Assembly: GCA_919901555.1 (NCBI GenBank)
Contig: CAKKPG010000132.1
Span: 13,957 to 77,956, forward strand
Origin: Nitrospiria bacterium
GTDB taxonomy: Bacteria; Nitrospirota; UBA9217
DNA: 64,000 nt
Reading direction: 5' to 3'
The notes under the pieces were generated by a model. The model saw only the letters and a list, made by a program, of their open reading frames with translations, was not told where the DNA came from and ran no database searches. Below, in pieces: positions 47,600 through 57,400 of the stretch. Positions within the stretch are counted from its first letter, which is position 1; each line of letters begins with the position of its first letter. Position numbers and translations under genes: made by a program.

Positions 47600-48035
47600 C
47601 TCCTGTAACTACAACTAACTACAACGCACCCTGAAGGGTGCGGCTACAAAACAAATTTTGTTCGATTTGGTAGCCGCAGGCTTCAACCTGCGTTCTTCCT
47701 CGTACTGCAATTGTCCGTGCGCATCTCGGTGCAACTGTCATCGCCGGGAAGGAAGCCCAGGCCGCAACGGTGATCCGATGGCGTCAGAAGCACCGTATAC
47801 TGTGCGGTGTCCAGATTTTGGCTGAAATACACACAGGGCTGACAAAAGGATTGGTCTCTAAAACGGGAACCGCTCTGAAGCGCGCGCAACTTTAAAGCAT
47901 CCCGCCACAAAAGTCCCGCCTTCATTTTTTTCATGTTTTTAAAAAGTAGCGTCGGGGTTTATCCCCGACGACATTACGTTGCCCGTAAAGGACAACGCTA
48001 CAACCTCGCCCTCAATAAATGAGGGCGCTACCGAT
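47600..48035. repeat. Cluster of four hairpins each flanked by GCTAC/GTAGC (plus one CTACAAC on two of them) in the unusually long (448 bp) leuD-leuB intergenic region
   Basis: ctacaacGCACCCtgaaGGGTGCggctac (47619-47647), gtagccGCAGGcttcaaCCTGCg (47680-47702), gtagCGTCGGGGtttaTCCCCGACG (47945-47969), ctacaaccTCGCCCTCAataaaTGAGGGCGctac (47995-48030). Confidence 0.6.
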
Positions 48036-48536
48036 TTAACTCAAACCCGTCTTCTTCTTTGTGTATGCCATGAGCCCGCCGGCCGCGATCAGTTCCTGCA
48101 TGAACGGTGGCACCGGCGCGATCTTGAATTCCCTGCCTGACGAGAGGACACTGATTACTCCTGCGTCTGCGTCCACCTCGATCTCGTCGCCTTCCTTGAT
48201 GTTGTCCACGGCTTCGGGACTCTCGAAGATGGGAAGCCCCATGTTAAAGGAGTTCCGGTAGAAGATACGGGCAAAGCTCCTGGCCACCACGCAGTAAACG
48301 CCGGCGGTCTTGATCGCAATGGGCGCATGCTCGCGTGAGGACCCGCAGCCGAAGTTCTTCTCGGCAACGATAATGTCGCCGGGTTTCATCTTCTTCATGA
48401 ACTCCGGGTTCGACGAGTCCTCCATGCAATGGGAGGCGAGCTCCTTTGGGTCCGAGGTGTTGAGGTACCGCGCCGGGATGATCGCATCCGTGTCGACATC
48501 TGCCCCGAACTTCCATGCTTTGCCTTTGAATTTCAT
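48036..48536 (-). CDS. leuD: 3-isopropylmalate dehydratase small subunit
   Basis: 166 aa from [25 protein letters not shown]...; the ORF-track N-terminal extension (to 48875) is a GC-rich run-on through the palindromic element. Confidence 0.85.
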   Translation of the reverse strand: MKFKGKAWKFGADVDTDAIIPARYLNTSDPKELASHCMEDSSNPEFMKKMKPGDIIVAEKNFGCGSSREHAPIAIKTAGVYCVVARSFARIFYRNSFNMGLPIFESPEAVDNIKEGDEIEVDADAGVISVLSSGREFKIAPVPPFMQELIAAGGLMAYTKKKTGLS

Positions 48537-48642
48537 TCTGACTCCTTTTGCCACAAATAGACACGAAATGACACGAACTTTATTTTTGAATTTTAAGTTT
48601 ATTTTCGTGCCCGTTCGTGAAATTTCGTGGCAAATAAAATCC
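48537..48642. repeat. Palindromic element between leuC and leuD: TTGCCACAAATAGACACGAAATGACACGAAC ... GTTCGTGAAATTTCGTGGCAA flanking an AT-rich core
   Basis: Arms are reverse complements. A related GCCAC-(7-mer)n element occurs at 61022-61113 between psd and ilvC. Confidence 0.7.
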
Positions 48643-49905
48643 TTACCGCAGCTCTTCCGGTCTCCCGATCCTGCCGAGCACCGCCGATGCCGACGCAATG
48701 GCCGGGTTGGAAAGGTACACCTCGCTCTTGGGATGTCCCATCCTGCCCACGAAGTTCCTGTTCGTCGTGCTGATGGCCCGCTCGCCCGAGGCGAGGATGC
48801 CCATATGCCCGCCGAGGCAGGGGCCGCAGGTCGGCGTGCTGAAGGCCGCGCCCGCGTCGATGAAGATGTCCACAAGACCTTCTTTAATACACTGTTTGTA
48901 GATCGCCTGGGTCGCGGGGATCACGATCATGCGCACATAGGGATGGACCTTGTGTCCCTTGATGACCTTGGCTGCTTCGCGCATGTCCTCGATCCTCCCG
49001 TTGGTGCAGGAGCCTACCACGGACTGGTCGATATTGACGGCCGCGAGCTGGCTCACGGGCTTTACGTTCTCCGGAAGGTGCGGGCAGGCGATCTGGGGCT
49101 CCATGTTGGTGAGATCATACTCCCGTACTTCCGCATAGTTGGCCTTTTTGTCGCTCTTGTAGAATTTATATTTGCGGCGCGCCCGTTTCGATACGTATTT
49201 CTCAGTGATCTCGTCGGGCTCGATGATGCCGTTCTTGCCGCCTGCCTCGATGGCCATGTTGCAGATGGTGAGCCGCCCTGACATGGGCAGCTTCTTGATC
49301 ACCTCGCCCGTGAACTCCATGGCCCGGTAGAGAGCGCCGTCCACGCCGATGTCGCCGATGGTCCGGAGGATGATGTCCTTGCCGCCGACCCACTTGCCGA
49401 GCTTTCCTTTATAGATGAACTTCATACTCTCGGGCACCTTGAACCAGGCCTCGCCCGTGATCATGGCCGCGGCAACGTCGGTGCTGCCCACTCCCGTCGA
49501 GAACGCGCCCAGGCCGCCGTAGGTGCAGGTGTGGCTGTCCGCGCCGATCACCGCGTCACCGGGAACAACCAGCCCCTGCTCCGGCAGGAGCGCGTGCTCG
49601 ATGCCCATCCTGCCGACCTCGAAGTAGAGAGAGAGATTGTGCTCCCGCGAGAACTGACGAAGCAGATTGCACTGCTCGGCCGAGGGGATGTCCTTGTTCG
49701 GCGCGAAGTGGTCGGGAATGAGCGCGATCCGATCCGGATCGAACACCTTCTTCGCGCCCGCGGCGCGGAACTCCTTTATCGCAATAGGCGCGGTGATGTC
49801 GTTCGCAAGCACGAGATCGAGCTTCGCGTTTATCAACTCGCCGGGCTTGACTTCTTTTTTGCCGCAGTGCGCGGCCAGAATCTTTTCCGTGATTGTCATC
49901 GGCAT
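48643..49905 (-). CDS. leuC: 3-isopropylmalate dehydratase large subunit (short ~420-aa type)
   Basis: 420 aa; aconitase-family motifs [30 protein letters not shown]. Confidence 0.9.
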   Translation of the reverse strand: MPMTITEKILAAHCGKKEVKPGELINAKLDLVLANDITAPIAIKEFRAAGAKKVFDPDRIALIPDHFAPNKDIPSAEQCNLLRQFSREHNLSLYFEVGRMGIEHALLPEQGLVVPGDAVIGADSHTCTYGGLGAFSTGVGSTDVAAAMITGEAWFKVPESMKFIYKGKLGKWVGGKDIILRTIGDIGVDGALYRAMEFTGEVIKKLPMSGRLTICNMAIEAGGKNGIIEPDEITEKYVSKRARRKYKFYKSDKKANYAEVREYDLTNMEPQIACPHLPENVKPVSQLAAVNIDQSVVGSCTNGRIEDMREAAKVIKGHKVHPYVRMIVIPATQAIYKQCIKEGLVDIFIDAGAAFSTPTCGPCLGGHMGILASGERAISTTNRNFVGRMGHPKSEVYLSNPAIASASAVLGRIGRPEELR

Positions 49906-50540
49906 AGTGTGTGAATATACAATATCTAAACTCTCGTTGCAACTGTTTTTTCGTTGTTTTTCCAGCAGAAAAGGGGGAAAAGTACGGCAGGATAAGGCTT
50001 TTTCAGCTCACGGCCGGAGGGAACCGGCGGCGGTCGCCCAGATGATGATGCGACAATCGGTGGGGACCGTACAGGGTGAGACCGTACCTCGTCATGGAAA
50101 AGAAAACCGAGAAACAATGCCCCTGCATTTCTCACGGTAGACGAACCAGCCTTGTACGTATCCTGTTGATAACACCTGCAAGTCTGCACTTCTTATGGGT
50201 CGAAAGAGTTACCGATTACTGAATAAGGTATACGGAATGCGGCGCTGATCCGTCCGAATGTCCAAGCTCACCGGCGGCATTGTACCGTAGCGAAAGCGCC
50301 GCCGGGCAGCACCTTGTTAGGCGCAATGTTGAAATGTGACCGACCCGTTCTGGGTGCGGCGCGAAACGTCGGTGCCGAACTTTACCGCACTCGTGAACAG
50401 ACAAAGTTCATTAGCACGCTGCCCATAGTATCGGGTTTTATCTTGTTGCCTTTAGACCTCCAATCGGGCTCATATTTTAGTGAGTATGAAGAGTAAGAAA
50501 GGCCTTTCTGTCAATCATAAGCGGCTTTGCCGGCCACCCC

Positions 50541-50741
50541 TCAAACCCTATTGTCATTCTCATCATAAGTTCTGGTTTTTTGAGTGTAATAGACGAGACC
50601 ATCGGCATCTTTGCGAATGCTGTCCACATCTATAAGGGTCTCGTGTCCGGTATCTACCCAGTTTTCAGCGTGTGCCGCTGAGACAATCCAAAAGAGACAA
50701 ATACCTGCCGCTAATGTTGTTGCTATCTTGCCCGTTTTCAT
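50541..50741 (-). CDS. Small secreted hypothetical protein (66 aa with signal peptide)
   Basis: MKTGKIATTLAAGICLFWIVSAAHA signal; start moved to the internal ATG. Confidence 0.4.
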   Translation of the reverse strand: MKTGKIATTLAAGICLFWIVSAAHAENWVDTGHETLIDVDSIRKDADGLVYYTQKTRTYDENDNRV

Positions 50742-50925
50742 TTGTTTTCCCTTCGTTTGGTTTGTTCTGCACGCTGTTCCGTTAGATGGACGGAACCCGC
50801 CCCAATAATTCCGAAAATCCGATATTAGTCCGGCAAAAGAATGTCCCGGCGATTCAATCCAACGCATTCATTGGCATAATTTGTCACGACTATATGCCCC
50901 TTTTGCATTCAAGTCAATAATGATG

Positions 50926-51058
50926 GTCTCGTAAAAAGTCATTTTTTTAACCGCGGAGACGCAGAGGCACGGAGAAAAGCTCCTAAATTTCAATACGTTC
51001 TTCTCAGCGTCTCAGCGCCTCAGCGGTGAATTTTAGTTTTTACGACTACATCAATAAT
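50926..51058. repeat. MITE family 1 copy (TIR AATAATGATGGTCTCGTAAAAAGTC / TTAGTTTTTACGACTACATCAATAAT)
   Basis: Same TIR core (TCGTAAAAAG) as the 7093-7388 elements; internal gcagaggcacggagaaaag resembles ccgtgcgcctcc repeats at 33897-33940. Confidence 0.7.
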
Positions 51059-51185
51059 ATCGAATGGATATTTTGATCGTAGATGTTAATGGTAGACGTT
51101 AACGAATTCAGATTGATATTTTACGTGTTTCCAAGAATGGCAACCACAACAGCTTCAGGAAGAACTAAAAACGACCTATTATAGG

Positions 51186-51395
51186 TCACTTGTTTTGTTC
51201 CCGTTCTTTCAACCGCCTTTCATACTCGCCGTGGCTCATCCCGGACCTTCTGGAACACTCGTCCCGATCAGCTCCCTGGAGTTTTTCGCAGTCCATTTCC
51301 TGGCGGAAGCGGAGCCCGTCATAGAGGTTCCTGGGCCCGCAGCCGTAGCCCATCAGGATAAAAAGCATGGTCGAGACAAAGGCAATGACTTTCAT
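51186..51395 (-). CDS. Small Cys-containing secreted/lipoprotein-like hypothetical protein
   Basis: 69 aa; MKVIAFVSTMLFILMGYGC lipobox-like start. Confidence 0.35.
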   Translation of the reverse strand: MKVIAFVSTMLFILMGYGCGPRNLYDGLRFRQEMDCEKLQGADRDECSRRSGMSHGEYERRLKEREQNK

Positions 51396-51561
51396 TTCCG
51401 CCCCTTTTCGTTTGCGCCGGCTCTCGTAGTTATAAACGGTCTCATAATAGGAACGACATCATTTTCAAAAATCCCTCCTGTCCTCCCTTTGCCAAAGGGA
51501 GGAATTCGCCCTCTTTGGAAAAGAGGGGATAGGGGAGATTTAAAGAAAACATATTCATACA

Positions 51562-51744
51562 TCATGTGCGAGCTTTTTTTCGGCCTTTGTTGTTTTTCTT
51601 GGGAGGTTTGCAGGACTCGCAATAGATCCCCTTGTCGTCGACGCCGCCGGGATGCCAGAGGATCGCGCCGGAGGCCGTCTTCTCGCTCAGCCTCTTGCCG
51701 CAAATGCTGCAATGGGACTTTCTTGTCGTTGTATTTTGTTTCAC
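51562..51744 (-). CDS. Small zinc-ribbon protein, Lys-rich C-terminus (hypothetical)
   Basis: 60 aa; CSICGKR...CESCKPPKKNNKGRKK. Confidence 0.3.
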   Translation of the reverse strand: MKQNTTTRKSHCSICGKRLSEKTASGAILWHPGGVDDKGIYCESCKPPKKNNKGRKKART

Positions 51745-51847
51745 GCAGGCACCTCCTGTTCACCATCTCTGTTTCTTTAGTTCAGGGAACTTTTGACACC
51801 GCCTTATTGCGCGCTGATTCTCCGGCAGCGGACCGGCTGAAGGCGTA

Positions 51848-52408
51848 TCAAGGCGTGAATACCTGCTTCTTGATCTGGTCGATGTCAGCGTCCTTGATGA
51901 ACGCGGGGATGTTGCCGTACATCGAATGGTACCCGTATCCTCCGTTCTTCAGCTCGTCGACCGCCTCTTCTTTCGACCAGTTCTGAAAAACGATCCGGTA
52001 CATGGCGCTGATCAACCCGGTCCGATCGGACCCGTGCCAGCAATGGATCAGGATGGGACCCTCGGATTCCCTGATGATCCTGAGCGCAGTGACGACGTCC
52101 CGGACCTTGATGTCCCCGGCCTCCATCTTCACCCGGTAAAGCTTCATTCCCAGCCCCTTCGCCTCGTCGTTGTCGGAATGGTAATCCCGCAGGTTCAGGA
52201 TGTTCCGGATGCCGAGTTGCTGAAGAGACCGGCACCCCTTCCGGCCCGGCTGGGCTGAACGATAGACCTTTGCATCGAGCTGATAGAAATTCTCCAGGTT
52301 CCCGGCGTTCAGCGGCTTTGCCCAGTTCTCCGGCCGGGTCTTGACCTCCCCGGCATGGAGGAGGGTGGAAACAAAAAGAAGAACGACAAAGACAACGGTC
52401 CTTTTCAT
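51848..52408 (-). CDS. Secreted dual-specificity / tyrosine protein phosphatase family protein
   Basis: 186 aa; signal peptide; CX5R P-loop HCWHGSDRTG. Confidence 0.75.
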   Translation of the reverse strand: MKRTVVFVVLLFVSTLLHAGEVKTRPENWAKPLNAGNLENFYQLDAKVYRSAQPGRKGCRSLQQLGIRNILNLRDYHSDNDEAKGLGMKLYRVKMEAGDIKVRDVVTALRIIRESEGPILIHCWHGSDRTGLISAMYRIVFQNWSKEEAVDELKNGGYGYHSMYGNIPAFIKDADIDQIKKQVFTP

Positions 52409-52450
52409 GATCGGCTGCCTCCTGACAAAGGGATTACCTGCCTGCGCACA

Positions 52451-52963
52451 TTACTTCTCTTGACAGTAACCGGTTGGATGGCGCTTCCGGTAATCTTCCC
52501 GTTTTTCGGCCGCCTGACGCTGCTCTTCCGGCGTCAGCGGCCGGTATCCCCTGCCGTACTTCCATCCGTATCCCCAGCGATACCAGGTAGGGAACGCCGG
52601 ATGTCCTCCGGCACGGACGCCCTGATACATCAGGTCCGCAAGGGCCTTGTCCCCCGTCCGCTCCCTCACGCAGGCCTGCAGCGCCTTATCGGCCAGTTTC
52701 CGTTCCTCTGCAGTGCCTCCGCGCCAATAGGCGAGGTCATGCGCAAAGCAGCATTCGCACCACAGCGTCCGGTCCTTGATGCTGCCGTCCGGAAAAAGAC
52801 TGCACCCGTCACTCGTGAAATCATGCAGGTCAGACGCGCCTGCGCAGCCGCAGGCCTGCAGCGCGAGACTCAGCGCCAGAATCCGAAGAAGGAATCGCAC
52901 GGACCTTCCCCTGTCCACCGGGCCGCCATGCAGCAGTGCATTCCACATGAAGTAAGCCCCCAA
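52451..52963 (-). CDS. Secreted hypothetical protein with a prokaryotic phospholipase-A2-like CCxxHDxxY motif
   Basis: 170 aa; LWCECCFAHDLAYWRGG resembles the catalytic His-Asp segment of bacterial secreted PLA2s (e.g. Streptomyces ACARHDFGYRNY); tentative. Confidence 0.4.
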   Translation of the reverse strand: MGAYFMWNALLHGGPVDRGRSVRFLLRILALSLALQACGCAGASDLHDFTSDGCSLFPDGSIKDRTLWCECCFAHDLAYWRGGTAEERKLADKALQACVRERTGDKALADLMYQGVRAGGHPAFPTWYRWGYGWKYGRGYRPLTPEEQRQAAEKREDYRKRHPTGYCQEK

Positions 52964-53044
52964 GGCCAGTTCTCGAAGCCTATTGCGTTTTTCTCGCGCG
53001 CGGAATCATTTACTTCTTGATCGTGGAGATCGCCGCGCCTTTGG

Positions 53045-53299
53045 TCATTTCAGCAGTTTATCATACTCCGCATGCGTTCCTATCCAGAACCACAGCAGCC
53101 CTTCATCCACTTCCACGGCAAGTGCGCGATATTTCATGCCGACTCGCACTGACCAGTACTTTCCCGTTTTCTTAATGTGGAGGGATGGATGGTGGGGATT
53201 TTCCTTCAGCAATTCAAAATTCTTGTCAGCCAGCTCTTTTATTTGATCAGGAAGTTTATTGTAGCACTCCCGGAAAGACGGGCTGGCAAGATGTCTCAT
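53045..53299 (-). CDS. ParE/RelE-superfamily type II toxin
   Basis: 84 aa, downstream of and 4-nt overlapping a 66-aa antitoxin-like gene; KYWSVRVGMKYRALAVEVDEGLLWFWIGTHAEYDKLL matches ParE/RelE family C-termini. Confidence 0.65.
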   Translation of the reverse strand: MRHLASPSFRECYNKLPDQIKELADKNFELLKENPHHPSLHIKKTGKYWSVRVGMKYRALAVEVDEGLLWFWIGTHAEYDKLLK

Positions 53300-53496
53300 A
53301 GCGGTTTAAATTTCCCTTTTTCGTAATCTTTGACTGCTCTTTCTGCAACCCTGTCGAGCCTGCCGGACTTTACGTCTTCTTCAAATTGCTTATCCCAGAA
53401 TACGGCGTCAAATTCCTCAAACCACGTCCGGAATTCTGCGAGTTCTTCCGGCGGCAAGATGGAGACCGCCTTTTCGAGTTCTTTCACCGTAATCAT
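53296..53496 (-). CDS. Type II antitoxin (small acidic protein preceding the ParE-like toxin)
   Basis: 66 aa, MITVKELEKAVSILPPEELAEFRTWFEEFD...; gene order and overlap are typical of TA pairs. Confidence 0.6.
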   Translation of the reverse strand: MITVKELEKAVSILPPEELAEFRTWFEEFDAVFWDKQFEEDVKSGRLDRVAERAVKDYEKGKFKPL

Positions 53497-53864
53497 ACTC
53501 TCACCTCGTTTCCTGATGCTTCAGATCAGGCGCTTTGTTGTTCGTGCTTTTTTGAATATAAAACGGATGCATTGCTTTGTCAAGGCATCTTTCGGCTCAG
53601 GACAGGCGGCCAGGAAGTCTCCGATGATTGATCAAAATACAAATGGCCCCTCTGCGGGGGCCATTTGATTAGGGTAATATTATTCGGGGAGTTTACCCTG
53701 AGCATCGCGTGAGATTCTTCGGGGCTCCGCCCCTCAGAATGACGGGCAAGGGATTGGAATGACACAGGAGGCTGGATTGCCACGTCACTACGCGCTTCGC
53801 AATGACAGCGTAACGGAGCTTTTTGCATTTGCCTTCATTCGTGAAAATTCATGTCAATTCTTCG

Positions 53865-54075
53865 TAAAAGATCAGCTCTTCCCTTTCCCCTTCTTCCAGG
53901 ACTCCAGCTTGTTCAGCGCGTTCACATAGGCCTTGGCACTCGCCACGATGATGTCCGTGTCGGCGCCGTGGCCGCCTACCTTTTTGCCCGCCTCCTCGAC
54001 CCTCGCAGTCACTTCGCCGAACGCGTCGGCGCCGCCGGTGATGGCTTTCACGAGATATGCGTCAAGCCTGCTGCG
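53865..54075 (-). pseudogene. Duplicated 3' fragment of leuA (encodes ~70 aa matching the LeuA C-terminus) followed by a copy of the leuA terminator at ~53645-53675
   Basis: Reverse translation gives ...[54 protein letters not shown], versus the LeuA C-terminus ...[54 protein letters not shown]. Nucleotide identity ~80% over >300 bp to 57845-58180. Confidence 0.8.
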
Positions 54076-54401
54076 GAAATAGAGAATAATGAACTCTTAA
54101 TGACAATATTCCATATTTTCATACTTATGTATTATTGACAAAGTGATGATTGTTTGATAAAAGGTAACCCAACCTTCCAACTGCCTATACATAAATGCAT
54201 TAGTGTGATTCCCCCTGAATCAGTTTGTACGCATGCTGCGTCGAAGAGTGCAACATGAACTCAGCCCATTATTGACTCGGTCAGCTATCGTACAGCCATA
54301 TATTCATAATAGCAAATGTTTTCTGTCTATTAAGCAAGAAGTCCGCAATGTCGGCGCGGCATAGTTTGATGTAAACAACTCACGGAGAAAAGGAGGCAAT
54401 C

Positions 54402-57400
54402 ATGCAAAGAATGAAAGTGCTGGTTAAAAAAGCTGGTTTCGGTTTGATTGGATTGATGGTATTCCTGATTGTTGCAAGCATGGCCATCGCAGAGGAAAGG
54501 ACGCTCGATGGACCGATCCGGGAGGTGGTAAACAGCGCAAAAGCCCGGACACTGGATGCAGCAGGCGGGGGAGCGATCGTACAGTCCGCCGTCGTCGACA
54601 GACTGAATCGCGGCGAGGAGACTGTCGACGTCATCGTTCTCCTGAAAGGATACAAAGAGTATGTCGGAAAGATCAAGGCGGACAAATCGGCGGAAATGAA
54701 GAAGTTTCAGGCGGAGATTCGTCCCAGGCAGGATGCTGTCCTGAAGCGGCTCAGCCGGTCCCAGTTCACGCCGAAGCATCGCTTCGACAATATTCTCGGC
54801 TTTGCCGGAACGGTCAGCAGGGACGGCCTTGAGGCGCTCGCGGCAATGCAGGAGGTCGAGTCCATTGAGGAAGACCAGAAAGTCGAGGCCCATCTGGCCC
54901 AGGGCATTCCCCTGATGAACGGATCTCATGTGCGGTCGTCCTATGACGGCGCCGGAGTATCAATTGCAATTACGGATACCGGCATCGATTACACGCACCC
55001 GATGCTCGGCGGCGCGGCCTTTCCCAATGCCAAGGTGATCGGCGGATATGACTTCGGCGACAGCGACGCCGACCCCATGGACTGCCAGGGACACGGCACC
55101 TCGGTGGCCGGGATTGCGGCCGGGACAGCCGCAGCCGGACCGGGCGACTACATCGGCGGTGTGGCCCCTAACGCGAGGCTGTACGCCCTGAAGATCGTCG
55201 CCGGCTGCAGTGGTTCGTCTGCCTTTTCGACCATCGCGGCTGCCTGGGACTGGGCGGTATCGCACAAAAATGACGACCCTGCCAACCCGATCCTGGCGAT
55301 CAACACGAGTTTCGGCGGCGGATACTACACCGCGGCCTGCGATGCCTCCATACCGACGATTGCTGCCGCTGCCAATAACGCGGCCGCGAACGGAATCACG
55401 CTCTTTTCGTCATCAGGAAATGACGGCTTTTCCGACGGCATGGGCGCGCCTGCCTGTGTATCGAATTCCCTTTCCGTGGGCGCCGTATACGATGCGAACA
55501 TCGGTTCCCGATACTGGTCCCCCTGCACCGACCTGATGACGGCGCCTGACCAGGTTACGTGTTATTCCAACAGCGCCAATTTTCTGAATATCCTGGCGCC
55601 GAGCAACGACGCCTACACCACGGCGGTCGGCGGCGGATACCGGACGAATTTTGGCGGCACGTCGGCAGCATCCCCCTATTCAGCCGGGGCCGGGGCTGTT
55701 TTGCAGAGCTACGCCAAAAAAACGGCAGGACATTACTACAGCGCGGCAGAGTTGAGGGCGCGCCTGATCAGCACCGGAGACCCGGTCATTGATCCGAAGA
55801 ACGGGATCACGAAACCGCGCGTGAACATCGGCGTTGCCGCAGTCCAGCTTGAACAGACACCGTGGAAGACGAACGAGAACGGCACGGTCGCGACCGATGT
55901 CGCCTGGAATTACACCATGGGATATCATTTTACTCCTGTCAAAGACGGCCATATCCGCTGGCTGGGCGGATACTTTAACGGGACCAAGACCGTCTCTCTC
56001 TGGAACAAGGCGACGGGAGCGCTGCTCGCATCGGCCGTGGTGACATCCTCCAACGGATGGGGCTATACGGCTATCAAGGCAGTGCCCGTCACCGCGGGAA
56101 CCACCTATACCGTGGCCGTGTATCTCGGCGGGAGCGGCGGGAGCTATCGATACAACATTGCTCCCCTCCCCGACACCTACGGCGACGTCACGATAAACGG
56201 CTCAACGTATATTGCCGGAAATGCGCGGCCGACGAACACCTACACCACCTATATGTTCGGCCAGGCGGACTTCGGCTATGTGCCGGCTTCCGTGCAGACG
56301 CCGTGGCTCACGAACGAGAACGGCACGCTCGTGACCGATATCGCATGGGATTACACCATGGGATACAACTTTACCCCTCGTAAAGACGGACAGATCACGA
56401 GGCTCAGCGGGTATTTCAACGGCGCCAAAACCGTCTCGCTCTGGAATAAGGCGACCGGTGAACTGCTGGCACAGCAGAACGTAACGTCGAGCAACAACTG
56501 GAGCTCTGTTGATATCGACCCCGTGCTCTTAAACGCCGGCGTCACCTATACCGTGGCCGTCTACCTGGGAGGGAGCGGCGGAAGCTATCGGTCCGGCATT
56601 GCCGCATTTCCGCAGACCTACGGGGACATCACAATCGAAGGCTCTGCGTGGCTTTTCGGCAACGGCCGGCCGACCAATAATTATGCATCCATAATGTACG
56701 GCCAGGTCGACGTCGGTTTCTCCGCCTTCTCCGGCCAGACGCCCTGGAAGCGAAATGAGAACGGCACACTCGTAACGGATATTGCCTGGGATTACACCAT
56801 GGGATACCACTTTACGCCCAAGCGAAGCGGCACCATCACGTGGCTCGGCGGATATTTCAACGGGACCAAAACGGTTTATCTCTGGAACAAATCCACAGGC
56901 GCCCTGCTCGCACAGGCAACGGTGTCGTCAGCCAACGGTTGGGGGTATGCCAATATCGATCCCGTGCGCGTAACGGCCGGGACGACCTATACCGTGGCCG
57001 TCTATCTGGCCGGAAGCGGCGGAAGCTATCGATACAGCATCACCGCATTGCCGCAGACCTATGGAGACATCACCATTGAAGGCACGACATGGCTCGTCGG
57101 GAACGGAAGACCTACCATCGACTATGCTTACAACATGTACGGCCAGATGGACATCGGGTTTGTCCCCGACAGCAGTCAGACGCCGTGGATGAACAACGAG
57201 AACGGCACGCTGGTAACGGATATCGCCTGGGATTATACGATGGGATATCATTTCATACCGGCGAGAAATGGGACCATTTCGAGACTAGGCGGGTATTTCA
57301 ACGGCGCGAAGACCGTCTCTCTCTGGGACACCGCCACGGGAACGCTGCTCGCCCAGGCGCCGGTGACCTCCTCCAACGCCTGGAGCTATGTGGGAATATC

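Noticed and set aside
47683-47934. 83-aa minus-strand ORF in the leuD-leuB spacer
   Set aside because: No SD, Cys/Arg-rich translation; the region is better explained as hairpin repeats.
48310-49281. 323-aa plus-strand ORF and the N-terminal 113 aa of ORF 48036..48875
   Set aside because: Antisense to leuC, and a run-on of the leuD frame through the intergenic palindrome; the LeuD homology begins at MKFKGKAW (48536).
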